64,000 nt of DNA from a bacterium (lineage in GTDB: Bacteria; Patescibacteriota; Minisyncoccia; Phycocordibacterales; Phycocordibacteraceae): the NCBI GenBank assembly GCA_037200965.1, contig JBBCGK010000001.1, positions 544,001 through 608,000 on the forward strand, read 5' to 3'. Shown here piece by piece: positions 1 to 9,276 of this stretch. Under the pieces are notes generated by a model. That model saw nothing but the letters and a program-made list of their open reading frames with translations. It made no database searches and was not told where the DNA came from. The stretch's first letter is position 1, and every line of letters starts with the position of its first letter. The translations under genes were made by a program, and so were the position numbers.

Positions 1-1
1 A

Positions 2-1177
2 AGCGCACTCTGGTACGGATTCCCCGCGAGAAAACTCGTCGTTATCGGAGTCACCGGCACCAAGGGAAAATCCTCGGTCACGGAAATGCTCGCGGCCATC
101 CTCACCGAGGCCGGGTATAAGACGGCGCTCGCCGGGACCATCCGTTTCGCGTGGGGAGACGAGTCGCGGCCGAACCTTCATAAGATGACAATGCTCGGCC
201 GCGGCTTTCTCCAGAAGTTCCTTTCGAAGGCCGTTGAGAAAGGCTGTACGCATGCGGTGCTTGAGATGACGTCCGAAGGCACGATCTTGTACCGCCATCT
301 TTTCCTCGAACTCGACGCGCTCGTATTCACGAACCTCCAGAAGGAGCACATCGAGTCGCACGGCTCGTTCGCGAATTATTTCCGCGCGAAGCTCCGGATC
401 GCGGAAGCGCTTGCCGCCTCGAAAAAGCGGCCGCGCGCGATCGTGGCGAACGCCGACTCGACCGGAGCGGACGCGTTCCTTGCGACTCCGGTCGAGGACC
501 GGATTCCCTTTTCCCTCAAGGACGCGAAGGATATCGAACTTGGCGACGGGAGTGTCGCGTTCACCTATCGGAATATCCGGTTCTCGCTTCCGCATCCCGG
601 ACACTTCAGCGTACTGAACGCGCTTGCCGCTACGAAGGCCGCGGGGTTCCTTGGCGTACCGGTCGAAATTTCCGCAAAGGCGCTTGCCGCGCTCGCGCGC
701 ATACCGGGCCGGGCCGAGCGGATAGAAAAAGGGCAGGATTTTACGGTCGTCGTCGACTACGCGCATACGCCGGATTCGCTTAAGGCCCTCTATGCGGCAT
801 ACCCGGGACGCAAGATTTGCGTTCTCGGAAACACCGGCGGCGGGCGCGACGGCTGGAAGCGCCCCGAGATGGGCAGGATCGCGGACGAGTCGTGCGATGC
901 GGTATTCCTCACCGACGAGGACCCGTACGACGAGGACCCGGAGACAATCGTGCGCGCGATGGCGGAAGGCATGAAACGCGAGCCTTCGATCATCATGGAT
1001 CGCCGGAAAGCCATACGGGCAGCGCTTGCGGCCGCGCGCCCTGGAGACGCCGTTCTTATAACCGGAAAAGGCACCGATCCTTTCATCATGGGCCGAAACG
1101 GTATGAAGACTCCCTGGAGCGATTCGCGGGTCGCGGGCGAAGAGCTTGAGAAACTCCTTGCCGAAGCCGGAGCCTGA
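2..1177 (+). CDS. murE: Mur ligase, MurE-type UDP-N-acetylmuramoyl-tripeptide ligase (5' partial; start lies upstream of window)
   Basis: ORF 86..1177 stays open in-frame to nt 2; P-loop VVIGVTGTKGKSS encoded at nt 35-73; MurE-type DYAHTPDSL motif; Mur ligase C-terminal domain. Confidence 0.7.
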   Translation, partial: SALWYGFPARKLVVIGVTGTKGKSSVTEMLAAILTEAGYKTALAGTIRFAWGDESRPNLHKMTMLGRGFLQKFLSKAVEKGCTHAVLEMTSEGTILYRHLFLELDALVFTNLQKEHIESHGSFANYFRAKLRIAEALAASKKRPRAIVANADSTGADAFLATPVEDRIPFSLKDAKDIELGDGSVAFTYRNIRFSLPHPGHFSVLNALAATKAAGFLGVPVEISAKALAALARIPGRAERIEKGQDFTVVVDYAHTPDSLKALYAAYPGRKICVLGNTGGGRDGWKRPEMGRIADESCDAVFLTDEDPYDEDPETIVRAMAEGMKREPSIIMDRRKAIRAALAAARPGDAVLITGKGTDPFIMGRNGMKTPWSDSRVAGEELEKLLAEAGA

Positions 1178-1189
1178 TATCATAGGAGC

Positions 1190-2173
1190 ATGCAGCACGA
1201 TGCGCTCTTCTTCATCGGCATCTTCATATTCATTTTCCTCGTATGGGTGGCGACCGGCGGACCTTCACGCCCGATCTCGTTCGCGGGTCCTTTTCTTTCT
1301 TCGCCGACAACCGCCGGGAACGTCACGACCTATTATCTTCCCCAGGCTTCGTTCGGCATCGGGGACAGCAATGAACAACTGTCACTCTACGGCGGCGGCA
1401 CGACGAGAACGTCCCTTTCAAACATCCAAAGCGAAGCGGACCGGCTCGCCGAACAAGTGAAGGACGCGGCGGCGTTTGGCACTCCGTCGCCATACCGGGG
1501 ACTCGTGAGCATAAGCAAGAGCACGGCGGGACCCGCGAACGCCGATTACGAACAGGAATATGTCGAGATCGATATGTCGCGCCAGGCGAAAGAAGGCGTC
1601 GACATCACCGGATGGAAGCTTATAAGCACCGCGAGCGATCGCGTCGGAGTCATACGCGAGGGCGCTACCGTACCGCGGACGGGAAGCGTTAACCCGACCG
1701 AGCATATCGTGCTTCAGCCGGGCGATCGCGCCATCGTCTCGACCGAGCGCTCCCCTATCGGCGTCTCCTTCCGCGAGAACATGTGCACCGGATACCTGGG
1801 CCAGTATCAGAATTTCTCCCCGCACCTTTCCCTGAGCTGCCCCGATCCGCTCTCGGAATTCGACCGCTACTACGCAGGCAATCCTCTTAAGGACGACGCC
1901 TGCTATGATCTGATGCGCGACACGCGGCGGTGCGAGATTCCTTCGGATAAGAGCCGGAGGCTCTCGAGCTCCTGTTTCGACATGATCGACAACCGCCTCA
2001 ATTATAACGGCTGCGTCGAAACACACCGGAACGACCCGGATTTCGCGAGAAACACGACCTGGCGCATCTATCTCAACCGCGACGAGGATGACGGCGAAAT
2101 TTGGAAAGCCGACCGCGAAGGCATCAAGCTCGTCGATGCCGAGGGAAAGACCGTGGACCTATTCACGTATTAG
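1190..2173 (+). CDS. N-terminally membrane-anchored protein with lamin-tail-like (LTD) domain
   Basis: N-terminal hydrophobic helix FFIGIFIFIFLVWVA; central block EYVEIDMS...DITGWKLIS...IVLQPGDRAIV resembles the LTD fold signature. Confidence 0.45.
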   Translation: MQHDALFFIGIFIFIFLVWVATGGPSRPISFAGPFLSSPTTAGNVTTYYLPQASFGIGDSNEQLSLYGGGTTRTSLSNIQSEADRLAEQVKDAAAFGTPSPYRGLVSISKSTAGPANADYEQEYVEIDMSRQAKEGVDITGWKLISTASDRVGVIREGATVPRTGSVNPTEHIVLQPGDRAIVSTERSPIGVSFRENMCTGYLGQYQNFSPHLSLSCPDPLSEFDRYYAGNPLKDDACYDLMRDTRRCEIPSDKSRRLSSSCFDMIDNRLNYNGCVETHRNDPDFARNTTWRIYLNRDEDDGEIWKADREGIKLVDAEGKTVDLFTY

Positions 2174-2196
2174 CGGTATAAAAAGCTGGTTCGCAC

Positions 2197-2269
2197 GCGC
2201 CCGTAGCTCAGTCGGTAGAGCAGCTCCCTTTTAAGGAGACGGTCCCTGGTTCGAGCCCAGGCGGGCGCA
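2197..2269 (+). tRNA. tRNA-Lys (anticodon TTT)
   Basis: Cloverleaf folded by hand: acceptor GCGCCCG/CGGGCGC, D-stem GCTC/GAGC, anticodon loop CTTTTAA, T-arm CCTGG-TTCGAGC-CCAGG, discriminator A; 73 nt. Confidence 0.9.
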
Positions 2270-2270
2270 C

Positions 2271-2307
2271 AAAATGAAAAGCCTCCTTATTGGAGGCTTT
2301 TCATTTT
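2271..2307 (+). terminator. Intrinsic terminator hairpin after tRNA-Lys
   Basis: 16-bp perfect inverted repeat AAAATGAAAAGCCTCC / GGAGGCTTTTCATTTT with 5-nt loop; T-rich 3' side. Confidence 0.6.
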
Positions 2308-2353
2308 ATACGGGCAGTGTTACAAGTAGCGGGAAGTTCTAGAGGATAATGCC

Positions 2354-2698
2354 ATGATTTATATCTTTGGCCTGGTGCTCATGGCCAATTTGTACCTGAA
2401 GCAAAAAGCTCCGGTTTTATGGCCCGTAAGCGCAGGCGCGCCGGAGCCGGAATTCACCGAGTACTCGCGGGCATTTCACGCCATGATCGCCTTCGAGAAA
2501 CGGCTGTTTCCGTTGGCAAACAGGATCGCGCTTGTGGGACTTCTCGGAATCGCAACAGTTGCGCGGTTCGATTACGCTGCCGCAACAGATGTTCTGTTCG
2601 CCCTTGTCTGCTTGAGCTATATCGGGCTCAATTATCTCCCGCAGTACTGCCCTTACGCCCTGCGCGACTCGAAACTTCTCGAACGCATCGTGGGCTAG
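2354..2698 (+). CDS. hypothetical small membrane protein
   Basis: ORF with two hydrophobic segments; no recognisable motif. Confidence 0.3.
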   Translation: MIYIFGLVLMANLYLKQKAPVLWPVSAGAPEPEFTEYSRAFHAMIAFEKRLFPLANRIALVGLLGIATVARFDYAAATDVLFALVCLSYIGLNYLPQYCPYALRDSKLLERIVG

Positions 2699-2863
2699 TG
2701 CCGCCTCACCAGAGACCCCTCATCGGCTCTCGGTGAGGCGGTTTCTGTTTAGAATTCACAAATTGCAGTGCCAGTATTCTCTTTTTTCAAAGCCGTACGA
2801 TGGTACACGGCCGAAATAGATTCGAAATTTCTGCGAAACGCTAAATATGCTATACTGGCAGCA

Positions 2864-3094
2864 ATGAAACACATTATCCAGTACCGGATTTTCAAAGGCG
2901 ACACGCACTACGTCGCCGAGGGTTTGGACTTGCCGGTGGTGACCCAGGGCGAGACGCTCGACGAACTCGCAAAAAATATCCAAGAAGCCACGGAACTCTG
3001 CCTCGAAGGAGAAGACCCCGCGGACTTCGGCCTTTCTCCGGCTTCTCCCGTGCTGGTAAACTTCGAGCTTCCGCGCGCTCTGGCGCATGCCTAA
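2864..3094 (+). CDS. hicB: HicB-family antitoxin (UPF0150-like); alternative upstream start 2768
   Basis: Short acidic protein MKHIIQYRIFKGDTHYVAEGLDLPVVTQGETLDELAKNIQEA typical of the HicB N-terminal RNase H-like fold; TATACT -10-like hexamer 12 nt upstream of ATG 2864; overlaps hicA by 8 nt. Confidence 0.55.
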   Translation: MKHIIQYRIFKGDTHYVAEGLDLPVVTQGETLDELAKNIQEATELCLEGEDPADFGLSPASPVLVNFELPRALAHA

Positions 3095-3332
3095 GACAAA
3101 AACCTTAAGCGGGCAGGAAGTCGTGCGAATCTTCGGGGGCTTCGGGTTTTCCACAGCGGACCAGCGAGGAAGTCATATCAAGCTGCGTCGTATTGCCAAG
3201 GACGGCACCCGCGAGACCCTCACCGTTCCCAACCACAGGGAGCTTGATCGCGGCACGGTCGTATCGCTTTTCAAGCAAGGAACACGGTATATTTCGGAGT
3301 CCGAACTCAAGCCGCATTTCTATACGCCTTAA
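3087..3332 (+). CDS. hicA: HicA-family mRNA interferase toxin
   Basis: MPKTKTLSGQEVVRIFGGFGFSTADQRGSHIKLRR...TLTVPNH matches the HicA/YcfA signature (G-x-E-x(4)-L-x(2)-GF-x(4)-G-SH). Confidence 0.7.
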   Translation: MPKTKTLSGQEVVRIFGGFGFSTADQRGSHIKLRRIAKDGTRETLTVPNHRELDRGTVVSLFKQGTRYISESELKPHFYTP

Positions 3333-3365
3333 TATGCGGAGTTTGATTCTTGTCTCCTGCGCGCG

Positions 3366-3968
3366 TCAAGCGTGCTCGAGCGCCTTATACCCGTATCCGC
3401 TCCCGCTGTCGGTCTTGATGATCCTGTAAAACCAGTACTCCATCTCTCCGTCGGAGCGCTTCGCTCCAATGCCGAAGACATACGGTTTGTGGGACGCGAC
3501 ATCCCCCGACTCATACATGCGGATAACTGATTGCAAGTCGGTAAGGGACGGTTTTGGGATTCCGGACGCGGGATGCGTATGGACATCACCAATTAAATGG
3601 AAATCCCTGTACTCGGCGTGCCTTTCTTGTATTTCCTCGATGCGCCTCCTCATCAATCCGAGATCGACCGAAACCGTCTCGACGCCCTCTTTATACGAGC
3701 CGTATTTTGTCAGCTCTTCCTCCGTCTCCTGATAGACGCCTTTAATCTGGAGATTGACTTGGCCCGCACTGTCAATCGCATATGACCCGAGCAGAGCACC
3801 GTACCGCTCGGTTCCGGTCGCAGCATCCGCACCGGAAACTTTCGGCAAATGATCGACCACATCGGGCGCAAGTTCGAAAGAAACTTTTAGATTCTCATCT
3901 AGAAAATCGATACTGGGGATCTGTTCTTGATGAGGCTTTCTTTCAGGAATGTGAGGACCTTCACTCAT
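3366..3968 (-). CDS. JAB/MPN (JAMM) metalloprotease-domain protein, possibly RadC-like
   Basis: Complete JAMM motif HTHPASGIPKPSLTD (H-x-H-x7-S-x2-D) with upstream conserved Glu; lies 38 nt downstream of holA on the same strand. Confidence 0.6.
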   Translation of the reverse strand: MSEGPHIPERKPHQEQIPSIDFLDENLKVSFELAPDVVDHLPKVSGADAATGTERYGALLGSYAIDSAGQVNLQIKGVYQETEEELTKYGSYKEGVETVSVDLGLMRRRIEEIQERHAEYRDFHLIGDVHTHPASGIPKPSLTDLQSVIRMYESGDVASHKPYVFGIGAKRSDGEMEYWFYRIIKTDSGSGYGYKALEHA

Positions 3969-4006
3969 ACTTTAATCATATCATTCCTTAATAATTGCGA
4001 CGTAAA

Positions 4007-4705
4007 TCAAAGCGACAGCGCGAAACGCTCGAGCGCAAGCGTAAGATCGCTTCCGGTACGGCGGGAATCCTGGAGCAAGGAAATGAGTTTGAGCGAGAGT
4101 TCGCGCGCAGCACGCGGCGGATACGCCCTCCCGCCTCCTTTCGCGAGAATGTCGCGCGCCTTCCAGTGGAGGAGGCCGTGGAGCATCTCGGGAGCGTCGC
4201 CCTGGCGAAGCGCCCGCTCGATCTCAAGCCACAATTTCTCGCCGTCGCGGGCGGCAAGCGCGTTCGTAAGGTTGATGTTGAACCCGCGGGCGGGAGGGGC
4301 CTTCGGAAGGTCGAACGCATAATCTTTCGCGGCCCTGGCGATGATCTTCTTCGCCTTCGCCGCAAGAAGTTTCGGCGCCACTATCACGATCGCATTATCA
4401 GACGCGGCGAGCATGTCGAGCGCGGATGCGAACACATCCTTATCCTCCTCCTCTTCCTCGTCTTCCTCTTCGTCTTCCACCGCTTTCCTTTTTGTTTTCG
4501 CGAACGGATCGTCAAACAGCACGAGAAGTCGTTTTATAAAGAGCCCCCCGGACTGCGCGGCATCCTCAAGCACGCTTTCCGTGATGTCCTCCTTGGCGAT
4601 GCGCGCATACGCGAGCCCCGGTTCCTTCGCGCGCGCGGCCGCGACCCAGGCGAACGCCTTCTCGCGCACCTTGTCCGTATCTGAGCCGTGGAAAAGATAG
4701 ATCAT
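4007..4705 (-). CDS. holA: DNA polymerase III delta subunit-like protein
   Basis: N-terminus MIYLFHGSD... typical of delta subunit; acidic insert EDEEEDEEEEEDKD; start overlaps polA stop by 4 nt (operon). Confidence 0.5.
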   Translation of the reverse strand: MIYLFHGSDTDKVREKAFAWVAAARAKEPGLAYARIAKEDITESVLEDAAQSGGLFIKRLLVLFDDPFAKTKRKAVEDEEEDEEEEEDKDVFASALDMLAASDNAIVIVAPKLLAAKAKKIIARAAKDYAFDLPKAPPARGFNINLTNALAARDGEKLWLEIERALRQGDAPEMLHGLLHWKARDILAKGGGRAYPPRAARELSLKLISLLQDSRRTGSDLTLALERFALSL

Positions 4706-7122
4706 GATGGTTCCATCTCGCCCCAGTTTTTGCCGAACTTGGTGTCGACCGAAAGCGGCACGCCGTTCGTCTCCTTGCTCGTGAGGACGGACTCCATGAT
4801 GCGGCAGATCTTCGCGCCGACCTCCCTGGCGTGCTCCTCCCGTATCTCATACACGAGTTCGTCGTGTACCTGAAGCAGGAGATATGCCTGCTCCGCCATC
4901 CCTTCCGCCCGTATCATCTCGTCTGCTTCGACCATCGCCCGCTTGATGATGTCCGCGGACGTTCCCTGTATCGGCGCGTTTATGGCCATGCGTTCCGCCT
5001 GCGCGCGTACGTACGGAAGCGTCGACTTCATGCCCGAAAACTGCCGGCGGCGGCCGAAATACGTCTCGGTGTATCCGTGCTTTCTCGCAAACCCTCTTGT
5101 GCGCTCGAGATACTCGGCAAGGCCCGTGAACTGGGCGAAATAGTCGTCATAGAAGCGGTGCGCCTCGGCACTTGAAGTACCGAGCTGGGTCTTAAGCGCG
5201 TTCACGCCCATACCGTAGAGGATGCCGAAGTTGATGATCTTCGCGCGGCGGCGCATCTCGCGATCGACCGCGCCGGCTTCGACGCCGAAAACACGTGCGG
5301 CCACTTCCGTGTGCACGTCTCGCCCGTTCCTGAAGATCCCGCAGAGTTTCTCGTCGCCCGACAGAAACGCCGCGATGCGAAGCTCGATCTGCGAATAGTC
5401 GAGCGCGACGAGCGAGAAGCCTGGCGTCGCGAGAAAAGCTTTCCGCACGTTCCTGCCCCTTTCGGTGCGTATCGGAATGTTCTGCAGGTTCGGGTTCTGG
5501 GACGCCATGCGCCCGGTCGTCGTTCCGGTCTGGAGGAAGTCCGCATGGAGGCGGTCTTCCGTATCAAGCAAAGGCGGGAGCGCTTCGATGTACGTCGACA
5601 GAAGCTTCCCCACTTCCCGATACTCGAGGATATCCGCGATGATCGGGTGTTCCCCGGCGAGCTTCTCGAGCTCGCTCTCGCGCGTCGAGCGCTGACCGCC
5701 TGCCGTGAGTTTCTGGCGCTTGCCGCCGCCTTGGGTGAGCTTGAGCTCGTCGAAGAGCACGTCGCCGAGCTGCTTGGGCGAGCTGATATTGAATTCGTGT
5801 CCCGCATGCTGGTATATCTTCGCTTTAATGGCATCAAGTTCGCTTTGATAGCGGCTTCGGAGGTCCTCAAGCACTTCGCGCGAGATAAGGACGCCGCGCG
5901 TTTCCATATTCCGTATGACGGCGGTCAGCGGCCTTTCTATCTTCTCGTACACTTCCTTTAGTTTTTCTTCTTCCGCAAGGCGGCTCTCAAGCGCCGCGTA
6001 TGCCTCGTCGAACGTATCCTTCTTTGTATACGCATACATGTCCTCGAGCGTCGGGTTCGTCGAGTCGGAGGCGAGAAGCCAGAGCATGACCTGCGCGCGT
6101 TCGAAACTGGCCGGATCTACCTCTTCCGCGGGCTTCTCGCGTTCTTCCGGCGGAGCTTCGCCAGCTTCTTCCTTCGAAACCGCCTGCCCGGCAAACAGCG
6201 CCTTCACCCGCTCGCGAAGCGTCCGGAAGCCGAGCTCGTCGAAAAGCTTGGTGAGGTCTTCGATCTTCGCTTCCCCGGGCCAGGCACAGTCGGAGAGAGA
6301 AAATTCGCACGGCGCATCGAGCCGTATGGTCGCGAGCATCTTCGAAAAAATCGCGTCTTCCTCATGTTCCCTGAGAAGCTCGACCGTCCGCGCTTTCACG
6401 CCCTTCTCGAGAAACGGCGCTCCCCCGCTTTTCTTAAGCAGCTTGTACATGTTCTCGATCGTGCCGAAGTTGATGATGAGTTCGGTCGCGGTCTTCTCGC
6501 CCACCCCCGGGATGCCGATGATGTTGTCCGAGGGATCGCCCCGGAGCCCCTTGAAATCGGGAATGAGCGCGGGCGGAAAGCCGAAGCGCTCCCCGACCGC
6601 CTTCTCGTCATAGAGAATGGTGTCGTTTAATCCTTTCTTGAGCGTATAGACCTGGACCCGCTTCCCTTCGACAAGCTGCAGCGTATCCATGTCGCCCGAG
6701 GCGATAACAACGTCGACGTCGTTATTCTTTTTGAGGAGATGGCTGATGGTGCCGAGAAGGTCGTCGGCTTCGAATCCTTCTTTCTCATATATGGGAATAT
6801 CGAATGCCTTGAACAGGTCGCGCGAGCGCTGCAGCTGAAGTATCAGGTTCTGGTCTATCTCCGCGCGCTTTCCTTTGTACTGCTCATACGCCTCGTGGCG
6901 GTGGGTGGGCTTCGGGAGGTCGTAGCAGGCGGCGATATAGTCGGGCTTCAAGTCCGCGACGATCTTGAGGAGCATGGTGACGACGCCATAGAGCGCGCCG
7001 GTCGGCTCGCCCGAGGGGCCTGTGAACTCGGGAAGCGCATGGTACGCGCGGTGAATAATCGCATGCGCATCAAGGAGAACGAGGCGCTTCTTGCCGCTTC
7101 CCGGTTGTTTCGCGTTAGCCAT
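4702..7122 (-). CDS. polA: DNA polymerase I (5'-3' exonuclease + polymerase domains; short form)
   Basis: N-terminal FEN/5'-3' exo motifs (LLDAHAIIHRAYHAL, H3TH GIPGVGEKTA); C-terminal PolA motifs A/B/C (DYSQIELR, RRRAKIINFGILYG, QVHDELV); 806 aa. Confidence 0.9.
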   Translation of the reverse strand: MANAKQPGSGKKRLVLLDAHAIIHRAYHALPEFTGPSGEPTGALYGVVTMLLKIVADLKPDYIAACYDLPKPTHRHEAYEQYKGKRAEIDQNLILQLQRSRDLFKAFDIPIYEKEGFEADDLLGTISHLLKKNNDVDVVIASGDMDTLQLVEGKRVQVYTLKKGLNDTILYDEKAVGERFGFPPALIPDFKGLRGDPSDNIIGIPGVGEKTATELIINFGTIENMYKLLKKSGGAPFLEKGVKARTVELLREHEEDAIFSKMLATIRLDAPCEFSLSDCAWPGEAKIEDLTKLFDELGFRTLRERVKALFAGQAVSKEEAGEAPPEEREKPAEEVDPASFERAQVMLWLLASDSTNPTLEDMYAYTKKDTFDEAYAALESRLAEEEKLKEVYEKIERPLTAVIRNMETRGVLISREVLEDLRSRYQSELDAIKAKIYQHAGHEFNISSPKQLGDVLFDELKLTQGGGKRQKLTAGGQRSTRESELEKLAGEHPIIADILEYREVGKLLSTYIEALPPLLDTEDRLHADFLQTGTTTGRMASQNPNLQNIPIRTERGRNVRKAFLATPGFSLVALDYSQIELRIAAFLSGDEKLCGIFRNGRDVHTEVAARVFGVEAGAVDREMRRRAKIINFGILYGMGVNALKTQLGTSSAEAHRFYDDYFAQFTGLAEYLERTRGFARKHGYTETYFGRRRQFSGMKSTLPYVRAQAERMAINAPIQGTSADIIKRAMVEADEMIRAEGMAEQAYLLLQVHDELVYEIREEHAREVGAKICRIMESVLTSKETNGVPLSVDTKFGKNWGEMEPS

Positions 7123-7588
7123 ACGTCAGTTTGCGTGCGCCGCTCTGAAGCGCTTCGAGCCGTATCGAGACCGTCGCGGGAGGCAGCGCGTCCGCGACCT
7201 TTTCCGGCCACTCAAGCACGACAAGGTTACCGGAGTCCCGCATAACCGCGTCGAACCCGAGAGGACCGAGCTCTGCGCCGCCTTCAAGACGGTACGCATC
7301 GATATGCACCAGGCGCTTGAACACCTGGTTCCCGGGTTCGTATATTTTTTCAAGCACGAACGTGGGGCTCGTAACCGATTCCTCGACTCCGAGCGCTTTG
7401 GCGAGCGCTTTCGTGAAGGCGGTCTTCCCCGCCCCGAGCTCTCCCGAGAGCGTGACGAGGGTCGCCCTATCCGCAAGCGGCCGGAGTTTCGCCCCGAGTT
7501 CCCAGGCTTCCCGTTCAAGGTCTTCGAGGGTCGCGAGAAGCTTCTCCATGGACTGATTGTACCAAGAGCGGCCTAAACGCGTTATCAT
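7115..7588 (-). CDS. tsaE: tRNA threonylcarbamoyladenosine biosynthesis protein TsaE
   Basis: LSGELGAGKTAFTKALAKALGV P-loop plus VTSPTFVL and HIDAYRL motifs; stop overlaps polA start by 8 nt. Confidence 0.8.
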   Translation of the reverse strand: MITRLGRSWYNQSMEKLLATLEDLEREAWELGAKLRPLADRATLVTLSGELGAGKTAFTKALAKALGVEESVTSPTFVLEKIYEPGNQVFKRLVHIDAYRLEGGAELGPLGFDAVMRDSGNLVVLEWPEKVADALPPATVSIRLEALQSGARKLTYG

Positions 7589-7599
7589 GTGCCTACTCT

Positions 7600-9276
7600 A
7601 TGGCCGGACACTTCGATACCGGGGCGGAAGACGCGAAGCTCGCGGAGATACGCGAGCGCGAGGAGGAAGACCTTGCCCAGATACTCTCGGGGAAATACGG
7701 TCTCCGGTATGCCGACCTCTCGGCGCTCCCGATAGACAACGACGCGCTGCGGCTCATCCCGGAAGCCGACGCACGGGGCGCCGAAACGGCAGCCTTCCAG
7801 AAAGCCGGAAGGAAACTTTCGGTCGCGGTCAGGAACCCCCAGAATCCGGCGCTTGCGGGAGTGCTCGAGGAACTCGGAAAGCGCGGGTTTATCGTGGAAA
7901 GGTTTCTGGTCTCTACGAAAAGCCTCGAAAAGGCGCTTTCGCGCTATGCCGAACTCTCGCTTGCGGTCGCGAGCTCCGCAGGCATTTTTGATATCGGAGG
8001 CGACGCGCTCAAAACGCTTTCGGCCGAACTTACGACACTCGGGGCCCTGAAATTCTTCCTCGCGACCGCACTCCTTGAAAAGCGCTCGAGCAGGGTTTCG
8101 AAACTTCTTGAAGGAATGCTTGCCGGGGCATTCGCACTTAAGGCTTCGGATATCCACGTCGAGCCCGAAGACGGAAAGACCAGGCTCAGGCTCCGGCTCG
8201 ATGGCGTCCTCACCGATACGCTCGAATTCGATCCCGAGACGTACCGCTCGCTCGCGTCGCGCGTCAAGCTTCTTGCGGGTCTTAAGTTGAACGTCGACAA
8301 CCGCGCGCAGGACGGGCGCTTTAGCGTCACGATGCAGGGTTCCGAGATCGAGATCCGCGTTTCGCTCATTCCCGGCAACTACGGCGAGTCAATCGTGATG
8401 CGCATTCTCGATCCGGCCTCGATCCAGGCGTCGTCGTTCGACACGCTCGGCATCCATCCGAAGCTTCTCGCGCGCCTTGAGACGGAGATCACGCGCCCGA
8501 ACGGCATGCTCCTTACGACCGGACCGACAGGCTCCGGAAAGACGACGACGCTCTATTCGTGCCTCCGGAAGCTCCATACGCCGGACGTGAAGATCGTCAC
8601 GATCGAGGACCCGATCGAATACCATCTCGAGGGCATCGTGCAGACCCAGACCGAAGGAGATAAGTACACGTTCGCTTCGGGGCTCCGCTCCATTCTCCGC
8701 CAGGACCCGGACATCATCATGGTCGGCGAAATCCGCGACGCGGAAGTCGCGGAAGTCGCCATCCAGGCCGCGCTCACGGGCCACTTCGTCTTCTCCACGC
8801 TCCACACCAACAATGCCGCGGGCACGTTCCCGCGTCTCGTGGATCTTGGCATTGATCCGAAGACGTTCGCCTCGGCTATCACCGTCGCGATGGCGCAGCG
8901 CCTCGTGCGGAAACTCGACCCGCAGCAGAGAAAACAGGCGCCGATCGAAGGCGAACAAAAGAGACTCGTCGAGAAGATACTCTCGACCGTTGAGGACAAG
9001 TCGCTCCTTCCCGCTTCGACAGACACCGCGTGGGTGCCCGATCCCAAGGGACCGGACGAGACCGGCTATCACGGGCGCCTCGGCCTCTACGAAGCGATAT
9101 TCATGGACACGAAGATGGGCGAATTCGTGCGCACCAACCCGAGCGAAAGTGAAATCACCAGGGAGGCCGCGCACCAGGGATATCTCACCATGGCGCAGGA
9201 CGGGATATTGAAAGCCATCGCCGGAGAGACATCGCTTGAAGAGGTGTTCCGCGTCGTTGATCTGCCGAGGGATTAG
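7600..9276 (+). CDS. Type IV pilus / type II secretion assembly ATPase (PilB/GspE family)
   Basis: N-terminal T2SS-E N domain; Walker A TGPTGSGKTTTLYS; Asp box; His box; 558 aa. Confidence 0.85.
   Translation: MAGHFDTGAEDAKLAEIREREEEDLAQILSGKYGLRYADLSALPIDNDALRLIPEADARGAETAAFQKAGRKLSVAVRNPQNPALAGVLEELGKRGFIVERFLVSTKSLEKALSRYAELSLAVASSAGIFDIGGDALKTLSAELTTLGALKFFLATALLEKRSSRVSKLLEGMLAGAFALKASDIHVEPEDGKTRLRLRLDGVLTDTLEFDPETYRSLASRVKLLAGLKLNVDNRAQDGRFSVTMQGSEIEIRVSLIPGNYGESIVMRILDPASIQASSFDTLGIHPKLLARLETEITRPNGMLLTTGPTGSGKTTTLYSCLRKLHTPDVKIVTIEDPIEYHLEGIVQTQTEGDKYTFASGLRSILRQDPDIIMVGEIRDAEVAEVAIQAALTGHFVFSTLHTNNAAGTFPRLVDLGIDPKTFASAITVAMAQRLVRKLDPQQRKQAPIEGEQKRLVEKILSTVEDKSLLPASTDTAWVPDPKGPDETGYHGRLGLYEAIFMDTKMGEFVRTNPSESEITREAAHQGYLTMAQDGILKAIAGETSLEEVFRVVDLPRD

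Noticed and set aside
2768-2863. N-terminal extension of HicB (ORF-track start 2768)
   Set aside because: The extension MPVFSFFKAVRWYTAEIDSKFLRNAKYAILAA overlies a TATACT promoter-like box. The conserved HicB fold begins at Met 2864.
8389-9174. 261-aa minus-strand ORF
   Set aside because: Antisense to the PilB/GspE ATPase gene.
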